Source: Camelus dromedarius (taxonomy: Eukaryota). Taken from it: a DNA stretch of 64,000 nt. The translations under genes and the position numbers were made by a program. The stretch lies in contig NC_087436.1 of assembly GCF_036321535.1 (NCBI RefSeq), positions 14,942,001-15,006,000 on the forward strand, written 5' to 3'. The notes beneath the pieces are model-generated. The model saw only the letters and a list, made by a program, of their open reading frames with translations. It was not told the DNA's origin and did no database searches. Of the stretch, positions 40,783 through 52,999 are shown piece after piece (the first letter of the stretch is position 1; the number at the start of each line of letters is the position of its first letter).

Positions 40783-41892
40783 GTAATGGGGGCAGGCTTG
40801 GGGTGAAATGAAAGCACACACAAGGTGGTTGTGGAGGACAAATGACAAGAGGAGGGCAACTTGATTGGTCTTAAAGGATGGGTAAGTTAGCTGAGTGAAG
40901 AGATGAGTGGGCGGAGGGGGAGGAAGACAGGGCAGGAGGGACAAAGAAGAGACTGCACCTGAGCCTTGGTGCCTCAGGAGAGAGAGTGCAAGGCTGCAGG
41001 GAAGGGCCACAGCTCCGGTCAGGAGGGCCTGTACCACCTGCTGAGAGTCCAGACGAGAGAGGACGGGAGGGTTTCAAGCAGGGAATTGACAAGTCCAGTT
41101 TTGCCTTTCAAAGAGGTCACTCTGGCAGCAGGATGGGTGCTGTTCAGGGCTGCAAACAGGACAAACATTCACAAAGCTGTTGTATTGGATCAGGAGAGAG
41201 AGTCACGGTAGAGACAGTGAGAGGAGAAAGGTAAGTGTGAGAGATGCTTGGGAGAACATGATGGAGACAATAACTTGGCAGCGGCAGCCCCACCTCTGCA
41301 GGGGGTGGTGCCTTCAGTAAGGTGGGCAAGAGGTGGTTTAACAGGGAAAGTGTCCCTGATTGCGGTTCTGGAAATGCTGGCTATATGGCGACTGTGGGAG
41401 AATCTAGGGGCAAAGATTGCGGTTAGAGAAAGGGGTTTGGGAGTTACCCGCACATCCCCTGAGAGAGGGTGAGCGTCACCAGGAAGTGTGAGTTGTGTGC
41501 GTGGCAGAGCAAGATGAGCAGTGAGTCAGAATGGGATCCCAAGGGACCACCGCATGCCTGGGACACGTGGACGAAGAGGAGCCCCTTTCAGAGGGACCGT
41601 GGAAACCAGAGAAAGGGGCGTATGGATGTAAAGGATCAGGAAGCTTCAAAGAAGTGTAATCCATACCCTCAAATGACTCAGAAAGTTCTAGTGAGGAAAA
41701 GACTGCGTGTAGTCTGCTCAGTTCGTTATCAGGGAAGCCGTTGTTCACCTGGGTGACAGCAGCGGAGTCCAGAGAGTGAGAGGGAACGGACATGTCTGCA
41801 CAGCAGGACGTCTGGAAGAGCGCGGGAGAAGGGATGCTGAGAAGTGACCAGAGGAAGACGTGGGGCATGAGACTTGAGTACCAATCATGAGA

Positions 41893-42088
41893 ACATTGGA
41901 AATATTGTGAGAGTTGCCAAAAAAATGAGACACAGAGCAAATTCTGTTGGAAAAATGGCACCGATAGACTCGCTCGATGCAGGGTTACCATAGAGCTTCA
42001 ATTTGTTAACAAAATGAAATAAAACAAAAAACCCAACAATTATCTGCAAAGTGCAACAAAGTGAAGTGCAATAAAATCAGGTCTGCCT
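41893..42088 (+). mobile_element. Tigger1 3'-end fragment
   Basis: ctgttggaaaaatggcaccgatagactcgctcgatgcagggtt...aagtgcaataaaatcaggtctgcct. Confidence 0.85.
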
Positions 42089-42164
42089 CGTTTTATTTAC
42101 AGTCTGTGTATTTAAAGGCTTAAAAGGGGATGGAAGAGATTTTTACAAAAATGAAAGAGGGGAT

Positions 42165-42633
42165 TGTAACCCAGCAGGACCCTGTGGAGCCTTCCAGGGT
42201 CAGACCCCTCCTCCTAGCCTCTGCTGCAGCTCCTCTCTGAAGTACCCAGATAACAGTATCTCATGTACATTTCCTGAGCTTTTCAGATGTTTAAAACCAC
42301 CACCAAAGGGAAGAAATGAACTACTTGATGATAGAGATCTCGTGGCCCCCAGATCTTCTGGTGTCCAGGAGTTGATAGTGTTGACCACCCTGTTCCCTCC
42401 ACATCAACCAATCCAGAGGATTGTGCACGAGCTGATCACGTACCTGCGACCTGCCTCCCTCACCTGGCCTTTAAACATGCTTTGCTGAAACCCTTAGGGG
42501 AGTTCAGGTTTCCTTGGGCATGAGCCACCCCGTCCTCCTTGCTCAGCACTGCAGTAAACCTTTCTCTACTCCGAATTCATGTTTCAATTTGGCCTCATGG
42601 TGCGGCGGGCACACGAACTTGGCTTTGGTAACA
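42165..42633 (+). mobile_element. ERV1-type solo LTR with 4-bp TSD
   Basis: TGTAAC...GTAACA termini flanked by GGAT at 42161-42164 and 42634-42637; CCAAT, TTTAAA and AGTAAA inside. Confidence 0.9.
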
Positions 42634-43625
42634 GGATAACTATCAAAGTCTGTCCGCAGGCATCAAGGGGGAGAATAAAGGGCTCGGAAAGAGGGAGCCA
42701 CCTCTGAGACTGAAGGGGAAGGCGGGTGTGCATGTGGAGGTGTTGGTAGGAAGCAGGTGGGAAGCTGAAGGAGAGTGAGTCTGACGACCGTGAAGTCAGA
42801 GTCAAGTTTATGTGCTGACTACAAGAGACTGAAGGCTGGGCAGGAGCCCTGGTGAGAGCCAGGAAACTCAGGGTGATCACCTGGAGCACAGAGGAGGGAG
42901 CTCTCCGGGGACAGGTAAAGGTGACGTGGGCCGCACTGAGGGCCCAGCGGAGGTTGGCGGCCGTGGACTCAGGGTGGCCTGGCCGATACCGAGCGTCCGT
43001 TCCCTGGGAGTGCTCAGTCTCAGAGCCAGAACAGGGGCAAAGGCTGTGAGGGCTTCTGTGCACCCAGGTTGGGAGTTTGCTTGGTGAGAATCGAGGGGAC
43101 TTGAGGGGTCTGGCCCAGGAAGGTAGGTGAAGGAAGAGAGGGCAGGAGAATCCCAACAAATGGGGAGAAGACGGAGGTGTCAGCAGAATAAGGACACAAG
43201 AGAGCCGCAAGCCTACAGAGATGGGAACAGGGAAGGGACACACTTCCCCTGTGTATGATTTTACTGAGTGGGATACAAGCAAACAGCAAACCTGTGTTCC
43301 TTTCGCAAACTGCTCACACAAAGGCGCTGGAGCTGAATTACAGGGGAAAATGCACTAAATGCATCCCTGCTGGCTTGGACAGTGCTCCTGAGACAGGGTC
43401 CCACAGTGATGTTACTATGATTAGGGGTGTGTGATTGCTGCAAAAATAGAGGAGGAGCCCATCCCTTGATTTTCTTACCTTTATCAGAGTCTGGTGGAGT
43501 GTGTCCGCTCTTTTCCAAGACAGTATCTTATAATAGATAGCTATCTTTCCACTTGGAATGGAGTCCCCCTGGGCTAGGAGGGTCTGTGGATGGAGGGCAG
43601 TAAGTAGAGGGCTCTCACCGAGCCT

Positions 43626-44562
43626 CCAGCTGCATCTTCTGAGCTGGGCAAGCAGCCGACCCATGGCAGGGAACCTCTCAGCCGTCCAGATGAAGCCATC
43701 CCACACCGGCCTGAGTTCTGATGAGGAAAGAGCGCCTGGGACTCTTGTCAAATCACCAAACAGGATGTTGGCCATGCTGCGAACAGGCCTGCAAGCTGTT
43801 GACAGCCGGATGTCGGGCTGCCAGAGCCAGGCCCCATCACTGATGGGCTCAGCCCCAAAGGCTCGGGGGCAATCTGTATTCCAGTGCACGCTGCGAGCCC
43901 TCCAGCCCGGGTTCCCAGCGATGCCCAGGCCCGGGACCCACAGACACTGCTGTTGCAACTCACACAGGCTTCTTTGTTCAAAGACTCTGCACGCATGAGC
44001 GGAGACAGCATCTCTGGGTCCTTTTCTCAAGGCCCGGGAAGAAAGGCCTTGCAGGCAGGCTGCCTGCCGACCAGCTCTGGGAGTAGAGGGGCTCCTTGCT
44101 GAAAGTCAGTTGGCTGTAGTGTGTCCAAAAATGGAGCTGGAAGGACTCAGCCAGACCGTGGCAACACCTCCCTCAGGTGCCATCCAGGCCTGCGCGGGGC
44201 TGGCTGGGGGCCTGTGGCAGCCCTTGCTTATTAACTGCATTGAGAAAGTGGCTCTGACAGAGAAGTTTCTGTCAACACTGGTGCTCGAGGCAATCTCTTC
44301 AGATGACAAGCAGTCTCTCGCTTTGCCGGTGGGAAAAAGGGCAAGAGAGATTCAATATGGGGCCCAGGACCTGCTGCGCAATGACCATCATCTTCTTCTT
44401 CTGGAGCTGCTGCCTCTGCCCTGAAGTGATCTTCTGTCAGCTGAAGAACACTCAGCTGTCCAGTTTGGGGCCATTCTCTCTCTGCCCCCAACCATACCGC
44501 CTAAAACTTGGATGCTGCATTAGGAAGAGGCAGCCAGTGGGGAAGGTGGGCCTTCAGACCAT
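43626..44562 (-). pseudogene. Candidate decayed TGF-beta-superfamily (GDNF-family-like) ligand gene
   Basis: CELQQQCLWVPGLGI-x16-CPR...CRP-x8-FGD keeps GDNF-family spacing; upstream frame has ATG, weakly hydrophobic leader and KKKMMVIAQQVLGPILNLSCP resembling the TGF-beta latency helix; six TGA stops and a frameshift. Confidence 0.5.
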
Positions 44563-47529
44563 TCTTCCCGGACCCTGGAGACACATCTAGATCATCACCC
44601 CCCAGGCCTCAAGGAGCATCGACAAATGAGTTCCATTCTGCACGGACACCTCCTTTCAGTTCACAATAGAAAACCATTTCCCTTTAAAAACTAGCTTTTT
44701 GTTCATTCCTTATTTGTCAGTTCTGGGAAGAATTTGCTGCAGAAAGCTTTTGAGTTGTTCCAAAAGATTGCTGCACGGCCAGCATCCTATTGGGTGATTT
44801 GTAATTTCCCAGCAAGGTGGAGGGTTCGAGGGTGTCCCCTGGGTCCCTGGTATTAGGTGGTTAGATAAGTAGGGGCACCGGGCAGACAGGTGGAGGAGAG
44901 GGAGGACAGTCCAGAAGATGGCATTGTGCCCACCTCTAGCATGAAGCTCTTTACTTCCTCTAAACGAGCGCCAGCAAGAAACCAGTTAGAACCTGACAGC
45001 CGCAACTGTGTGGTAGCAACAAGGACCTAACTGGACATGACCCAGTGCTCATGGTAATATAATTAGCATTGTGGTTTGCACTCTCCTTGGGTTTTTCTGT
45101 GTGCATCATAGGTAAGGACATGTGCAAAAGGGGATGAGCATGACTAAACATTCCAGGGGCAAGAGCTGTCAATCAGTTAAGAGACCACCTCTAAGGGAGG
45201 GTGTCAGAGAAGGTGCAAAGACCACTGCTATCACCCTTGGATCAGCCCGCCTCCCATTTTTGGAAGTGTGCTTTCCCTTTTCTAAAAAAAACCTTTAAAA
45301 TCTTTCCCTACACAATATTTTGTCTCCTGTCTGAATTCTTATCTTTCAGGTATGACAAGAATGGGGGTCTTTTCCCTTCCCCTTTTGGGGTAACACTGGC
45401 ACTATGTACCTTTGGCACCCACAGGCCAAGGATGCACAAGAGGAGTGGAGAGAGAGGTGACAATGCCAGGTTTGCCGGGTGGCAGGGGCTGTGTTCTTCC
45501 CCCGCCAGGTCCTGTGCTGGGGGCTCCCTTCCCACTGGGTTTTCCCCACAGAAGAGAAGTTACACTCCGCCTGCCTGAGACCAGCACCGGGTGCGACTCA
45601 TTCTACGGCGCTCCAGAACCTAGGTCAACGCGCAGCAGGGACTTAACAGATACTTAATGGCTGGCTGGATGTTTGGTAGGTTTCAGGGGACTGGGAAGAA
45701 ATGGTTCTTTGTATTTGGCTCTGTCAGCTTTATTTGGGGGTGAGACCAGGGCATGCATCACTGGAAAGGCTCCCAAATCTGGAAATCTGGGTTTTCTTCT
45801 TATATCTCCCCTCCAGCAGCTCAGCAGGGCCACCACCGCCCCTCCTCCTCGCAAGGAGAGCTCACTGCTGCTGAGTTAGGCCTAGACAAAGAGTTTCTGC
45901 CCGCCCCTTCCCATCCCTGAAGCTGGCCCCAGGCCAGGAGAGTTCTAGGAGATGGAGCATGAGCCAAGGCAGTTAGCAGGGTACCCCTTAGTTAATTTGG
46001 TGCCCTTAGTTGTTCTCCTGACTTTTTAGAAAATGTAAACCTCTCTAGGGGTCTAGCCCACCCCTCCCCTACTGACCTCTTCCTGCAGACCCTCCTCCTT
46101 GCTGCCCACCGTATACTCATTCAACAAACATCGATTCAGCGTGCACTGGGTGTCTGACATTGCTAGTTACTAGGGATGTAAGAGGACTAGGGTCCATCCA
46201 TGGGTTTAAGGACCACGGGAGGAGGGAGAGATGCCGCTACTCAGTGCTGATCTTGAAGCTGCTGACATGTGATCGCATGCATGAGGCCACATAGGTGGGG
46301 GCAGCTCACAGTAAAGAAGCATCAGCCCTAATTTCTGTGTTGGGGATGCTTGGTTTAGGGGGTCATCATATCACCTTTCATTCATATTTGCAACTTACAA
46401 CAGATTTTCTAACACATTATCTCCTTTAATCCTCCCAATAATCCTGAGAGCAGGGATCTGATCTCTGCTTTACAAATGAGGACACTGAGGCACAAACCAA
46501 GTGGCTGTTCCAAGGCGCAGGGTTACCTGGCAGGCCGTGCACTGGGGCACTCAGTGACATTTTTGAGTGGTTGGTTGTGGGTTGGGGCCACCTGAGCCAT
46601 TTGGTCCTGCACCGAGATCCTTCAAAGTCTTATTAAGAATGTTTGGACCCTCATAAAGCACTACTATGCCCAAGTTTACCAGGAGATTTAGGTAGGAATG
46701 GGGTTGACGGACTCTATCGTTCCTAAAATCAGGAGTGCTGATGAAAGAAGTAAAGCCTTGAAAGCTTCCAGTCCTGCGCCTGCTCACCGTCCCCATTAAC
46801 CAGCTTCACGTGGATGGAACGTCAGTCTGGCTGTGTTGGGTGGGAACGTGGGACATCACGTTGACTTGTAGACGTCCTGATGCTGCCCTCCTGCATGAAT
46901 AAACACACTTGTGAGAAACACACACACACACACACACACACACAGCTTATACACACACACACATCAAAAAACAAAGTCCCAGGGTTAATAGAGGGTTTGA
47001 ACTTAGGGTGTCAGGGTGTCCCTGGTACTCCCTACTCCACAAGCCACCTTCTCAGCAGCCCCCTCCCATTCAGGTGGGGAACATGGGGTTCCGCCTCATA
47101 AGAGGGGTGAAAAAAGAACCCCAAAGCCAGAATGTGGGCCCCTACTTTCTTTCCTTGACCTCAGCCGCTTGTCTCCTTTTTCAGTTTCTAAACTCAAAAT
47201 AAGAAATAAAAATAGGGATGTCAGAGTTCTGTTTCCTCCTTAATGAACCCACCTGCTGACTATCGCCAGAAATTCCTTTAAAGAAGCACAAATCCCTTCA
47301 TTCTGCAGGTATAAATAAAAAGCTTAAGATGCAAATGCCTGGAAGCCTTAACACACAGATATAAATAAGTTCCACTCAAGCCCAAATGATAATAGAAGAC
47401 TCTGTCCTGCTTGTCCTGAGCTGGAAAGCGGGAATAAAAACCAGCAGTGTTATATCGCCTTTCCAGTTCAAAAGCAGTTTCACTAAATCTCTTCCATTTT
47501 ACATGTACACATATAAAATATATATAATT

Positions 47530-48300
47530 TTTTTGAGCATCTCGTAGGCATCAGATATTGTGTTGGATGCTAAGGAGAACAGAGGTGAGTAAAAGAGATG
47601 TAGTGCCTTCCTCCATGTAGGCATGGGAGACTGAAGGATACAAGAATTAGATAAATAAATAACGCCAAGCTTAAGGAGTGCTATGAAGGGGAACAGAGCA
47701 AGCAAGGCCCTCTCAGGCAGAGGGAACAATGTATTCAAAAGCTCCAGGGCAAGTGTGGAGCACGTGAAAAGCTGAAAGGACCGGGAGTGGAGAGAAAGGA
47801 GGAGGGTGGGGATGGGCAGGGCAGGTGGGCGGGACTGCACTGAGAAAAGACGGCACAGGAGGTGTCGGTTAAGGACCTTGGGACTTGGCCTCAAACTTAC
47901 CGAGGCTTCAGGGGAACTTAGAGGGCAATGGGAAGACATTTGAGGGCTTTACAACGGGAGGATTAATAATCCAATTTGTATTTTCCAGGAAGGTTAATTT
48001 TGCTGCAGAGTCAGGATGGGGTGTGAACAGAGCAGGAAGGATGCCATTGCGGTCGTCCAGGTGAGGGGTGATGGTGCTGGACTAGGCTGGAAAAGTAGGG
48101 ATGGGAGGAGAGATGATTCTAGAGATCTTATAATCTTATACAACAAAACTGATAGGATCTAGTGATGGGATGTGGGGAGAAAGCAGGGGGTGGTCAGGAA
48201 GGACCTGAGCTCCTGGCACTCGGCTGAGACACGGTGGATGGCAGTGCCATGGGTTGGGGGAAGGACCGCCACAGAGGGAAGGTGATGAGCTAGGTTTGGG
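47530..48300 (-). mobile_element. L2 relic
   Basis: ggcagagggaacaatgtattcaaaagctcc; gtcgtccaggtgaggggtgatggtgctggactagg. Confidence 0.75.
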
Positions 48301-49709
48301 GCTTGCTGGGATCTAGGTCTCGTTAGCAGGGCCGTGCATGCATCCACGTGACATTTCTGTCTTTCAGTGGCTGAAATTGCCTTCCTTGGTCCACATGGCC
48401 AGACTGAATCAATGTCCAGCTCATTCTGTCTGGTCCCTCCTGCTGTCTTCCCTGAATCCACAAAACACAACACCCAGAGACTGAAACAGAAACCGCGTCC
48501 GTCATGCATTCAGTGTTCCTCCTCTGCGTGGTCTTCATTTCCAGGAGGGCAGAGGGAGACACCAGTTTCTGCAATTTGTACTACGAGATGTTCTTATTTG
48601 CCAGGTACTGGCTGCAGAGCTGACCGCTGCCTCTGGGCAGGCTCAGGTGGAACTGCAGAGAGCCGGAGCAGGCGAGGGGAGGACCAGCCGGCTCCCTCCG
48701 CTGCCTGCCTCTGTGAGCTCATGGGCTGGTGGGCTGCTGTGAACACAGCCCATCTTCCAAAACGCAAACAAAAGTAAACCTCAATGAGAGAAGCCACGTA
48801 GATCAAAAGTCCATCTCCAGACTCCTTATGCACTCCGCAGTTCATTTTTTCTCAATCCTTTCATTGATTATATTGTCTTAAGAGAGAGTGAGAGAAAAAA
48901 CTGACGTCCTTGAGAGGCTGAACTGTGCCTGCTATGATTTCTTCTTTCTGAGCAAGTGTTTGAGTCAATGAACAGAAAAGAGCCTTTGCCAAGCTTCTCC
49001 CAGCCTGGAAAAGCCTCGCCAGACTCTGCTCCCTAAATCCCACCCCAGGAAGCACTCTGTGCTCCGGGCCTGCCAGTCTTTGAAAAGCTTGGAACTTTGT
49101 ATATAGAAGAGTAGCCTGTTTCCCCGCAGGAGGAAAGAGTGTTCGCAAGAGGGTCTTTCAGAGCAAGGGAGGGGCCTCGCCTCTGAGCTCCAGTCTCACA
49201 GCTCTTCTTTAATGAACAAATACCGAGGCTGCAGTTAGAGATGTCTCGAATACCTCTGGAGCAGCAAATGAGGGAGTGCCTTATGTCACAGTAAACTAAA
49301 AGGGGTGTCTTGGTCTCTGGGAAAGTAGAGGTTGAAGCAAAAAATTGGGAGGTGTAAGCAGAGCGGGGAAGGTCACAGGGAGCTGGGCAAGTCAAGGTGA
49401 GAAGGGGTTCTGCAGGAGTTTAGCTTCTGCGCTGGCCAGGGTCAGCCCGGACGGCGAGAGGCTTGACACCGGGATGTCTCTGGAGCCGTTGCCAGAGGAA
49501 ACACACCTTGTGCCTCAGCAGAGCTCACAGGAGGGAAAGAGGGGAAGGGTCTGTCCGTGGGGCTCCCTCCCATCTCCTGCCTGTCAAGTTTCACCCCAGA
49601 GGGAGCCCCTCCCCGAGTCTGTATCATTCATACCCTTGTCTCAGAAACCAAATCCCACACCTTACACGGTGATGTTTCATTCAACTCCGAAAGCAGAACA
49701 GGTGGGGCA

Positions 49710-49820
49710 CTGAGAGAGAGAGAGAAGGAGAAAGTGAAATTGGAGTTGGGGTGGAGGGGGAGGAGAGGGAAGGGGGGGAGGAGGGGGAAGGACAGGAGGG
49801 AGAGAAGAGGGGTGGGGGAG
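49710..49820 (+). repeat. Purine-rich low-complexity tract
   Basis: Nearly pure G/A with several G runs. Confidence 0.85.
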
Positions 49821-51221
49821 CAGCTTCGGCTAAGGAAATCAGAGAAGGAACACAAAGGCTGTGCCCCAGTACAATGGGTTCAATGGGTTTCCTTTCCACG
49901 GAATCGGTTTCAGTAAAAGAAGGAAAAGCACAAAGCGGGGTGGTGGGGTGCAGGGGTGGATGGCCAAGGTCTGAGGAGAAGACTGTGTTCCTGGGAGGGA
50001 GGGACTGAGGGGGCAGAGCTGGGGCACCTGAGCATTTTGTGCATCAGGAACCTGGGGCAGAGAGCAGTGAGGGAGGCAGAAGGGGAACCACAGGGCCAGG
50101 ATCTCCACCTCGGGGAATCAAAGTGTGCAGAGGCACATAGGTGCTTGCCCACAGAGAAGAGTGCTCATAAAACCAGTCACAGTGGTTGGTGATGAGAAAT
50201 GCTGGTCTACTCCCCAACCTACCCACCCGAAAGGGCCCAGGGAGACCTAGAGAGGGCACCTGATGCTGCGCTGTCTGTCCAGTTAGTTCTAAGGATAGAC
50301 CATTACGCACCCTTGGCGAGGGGACCAGAAGATGTCAAACTGGGCACCCCTGGGACAAGGGCAGGACGAGGCCGCTCCTTGGCAGAGAGGGGCCAGGGTC
50401 CCTTTTAAAGATGTTCCCTGGCCCATTCCACTTGCCTGGCCAGAGGAAAAGCAACACACACTGCAGTTTCTCTTCCAGCCCTCATTCCTGCGTGGGACTT
50501 GCCGACAAAGCACTCATTTAGGGGTCAGGGGTTTGAGGGATCCCTCTGTTGGTCACATGTTGGTCTTTTGGGAGTAAATTCGTCGGCTTTTCCCTGGCAG
50601 AGCCCCATGAAAACTGCCAAGGGCATCTGAGACCTCCTGGACTGTGGGCTGACGGATCCCCGTGAAGTCAGTTACAAGGGAGCCAGAGCAGCTTGGGCAA
50701 GATGGCTGGTACCCGCTGAAAACAGCCCGTGGTTTGGACCTTTCAGGTCAAACCTGGGTTGTGACAAATACGCATTACTCACAGTGCACTCCAGACTGCA
50801 AAGTGCCTTCCCCTCGCCATCTCTTGTTTTTAATAACAAGACTGAAGTTGACAAGGAACAATCTAGATGAACGGGGTCATTAAGGGGAGCTCCCAAGGTC
50901 ACACAGCAGACAGACTTGAGCTCAGATTTTTCATTGCTTAACTCTGCTCCAGTTCTGTCTTGGCAACCAAAAGAGGAGCCAGAGGGATGAGACTTCTGCA
51001 TTTAATTTGATTATTCTAATGTAGAGCTATGGTTCTGAATTCTTGTATCTAAGTTAGCAACTGAGAGTCTCTTAGGCCTTGGTCTTTAGACAGCACCTAC
51101 CCCGCTATTTCACGGGCAGAGCCCTGGAATCCCCCAGGTCATGCATTTTCATTCCTCGGTTATAAAGCCTTCCCACCTGGACAATTTTGGGGAAGGGAAT
51201 CTACAAGCATTTCACAGGCTG

Positions 51222-51223
<2 letters not shown>

Positions 51224-51255
<32 letters not shown>
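51224..51255. repeat. (TC)n microsatellite
   Basis: Directly visible. Confidence 0.95.
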
Positions 51256-51257
<2 letters not shown>

Positions 51258-52263
51258 CATCCCTCTCTCTTTCACCTCATCCAGCACCACCAGGAGTGCT
51301 GGCAGAGAGAGACTCCCTTGGAATTTTAATAGCATCAATCAGCCTCACAGCTGGGGGGCAGAGATAAGGGTGCAGCAGCTCCTCCCCGAAAGCCCTTTCC
51401 CTGGGTTTCTCACTTCTTCAATTGGGAAGCTCTTCACACAAAGACAAACAGGTACAATTATCAGTCACTAGCTTGGAGAGAGGTGAGAAGAAATCAGCTC
51501 TGGCTGCCAGCCCAACCGTTCATCTCTTTACCACTTGAGGATCTCTTCCACTTCCCCCTCCTCTCCTGGTCCCCTCAGTGCCCTCCAGACTGCCTCCCCA
51601 GCCCCTCATCCCGGAACGAGGCCAGTGGGGGAACTCTGGGGCCTTCCTGGGTGGGACACAGCAAAACCCTGTTTGAGGATCTGGGTCATTTCTAGACTTA
51701 TGACTGTGGGGGACCCGGAGCAGTGGACAGGACTAGCTTACTGACACCCTGCTCCCCTCAGAAAACTCAGAGGCGTTGCTGTCTTCCTGAAAACACTAGT
51801 TTTGTCCTTTCTTGTTGCTTCTTTGTACAATAGGCATTCCTGGACTTTCTTCCTCCATCTCCTAGGTTTTACATGGCTTGAGGGAGAAGACATTGGCTTA
51901 TCCATTATCTTCTTGTTTTTAATGGGCTAACTGGCCCCATGATGTCATATAAGGAGATGATCAGAGGAACTATACTGAAATACTAATTTTTGCCCCTTGC
52001 TGGTGTGCATCTGGCGCCCATTACTTAACCCATTTCTGCCTCAACTTCTCCATCTCTATCATTTTAATCTGTCTGGAAGGGTCATTGTAAGGACTCAACG
52101 AGATAATGCTTGGGGAAGCCACTGACCCACTGAAGGCCCCTCCCTGACACAGGGTCTTCCTGAGCAGAGCCCCAGCACCTTCGTACTGGATTGAAAACCA
52201 GAGGAAAACATCACCCTTCCCTTTGGAAATCCCTTTGTCCTTCTAGTTCTTTATTTCTCCTTC

Positions 52264-52673
52264 TGAGACAGCAGGGAAGGGAGCAGGGCACAACCATCGA
52301 GAGAATGACACAGCAATTTGCACAAAGACGGCAGAAAATTCAACTCCTAGTAGACCTTGAAGTCCAAGACAGTGGGAGATTTGACTTCCAGTAGACCTTG
52401 ACCTTCATTATACACTGATTGTAATGTATTAGCATGGTGAATGGCACTCCCACAGGTGCCATGAGAGTTTCAAGGCTGACCATAAAAGGTCAAAAAGTGA
52501 GTGATGGCCCGGTTCCTGGGAATCCCAGCCCCTTCCCCAAAGTAGTTGGAATAATCCTCCTAGTCGCTAGCATATGAAGTTACCAAGCCCATAAAAGCCA
52601 ACAACCCTGCACCTCGTAGTCACGCTCCCTTCTGAGTAAGATGGCCCGCATTCTGTCTATGGAGTGTGTTTCC
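52264..52673 (+). mobile_element. ERV1-type LTR, 3'-truncated, related to 18594-19203
   Basis: tgagacagcagggaagggagcagggcacaaccat...cctgggaatcccagccccttcccc shared with the reverse complement of the 18.6-kb LTR. Confidence 0.8.
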
Positions 52674-52818
52674 AAGGGAGAATTTATTTCCTGCCTTCAG
52701 GCAGAAAGGGGGAAGTTTTTTCTACATCTACTGCTCTTTTTTTGAACTGCCTTCAGCTCAAAAGAGTTTTTATGTCAAAGGACATGTTTTGGGGTGACAT
52801 ATTCTGGTTTCCTTCTCA
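52674..52818 (-). mobile_element. ERV1 LTR 5' fragment, MER34/MER39-like
   Basis: Minus strand begins tgagaaggaaaccagaatatgtcaccccaaaa. Confidence 0.7.
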
Positions 52819-52999
52819 TGGGGAGGAAGATGCCAAGGTTTCGGCCATCAGTGGCTGGCGGCGACGGATCTTGGCAGAGCTCCCGATGCCCGTCCCACAT
52901 TTCTCCACTTGATTTCTCTCCCCAGGACTTTGGCTCTGGCCGTCCCACCCTCAAATCCCCAGCCTCACATCTCTTCATCTTCCTCGGCTTTCCGGACTC

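Noticed and set aside
42584..43321. 245-aa minus ORF, the longest in the window
   Set aside because: Antisense of purine-rich old repeat-like DNA, ends in an LTR, S/P/L-rich with no motif.
43740..43900. Alternative reading of the 43.8-kb ORF as URGCP/GVIN1-like (ISDG...N-x-x-x-GD) or retroviral integrase
   Set aside because: Needs gaps, and flanking motifs are out of order; the cystine-knot spacing fits better.
43980..44030. TQRCCLRS in the prodomain frame as the start of the mature domain
   Set aside because: Followed by stops with no LG or CxxxC at the right distance; kept only as a possible frameshift alternative.
49710..49820. Possible G-quadruplex/triplex tract
   Set aside because: Common low-complexity feature with nothing pointing to function.
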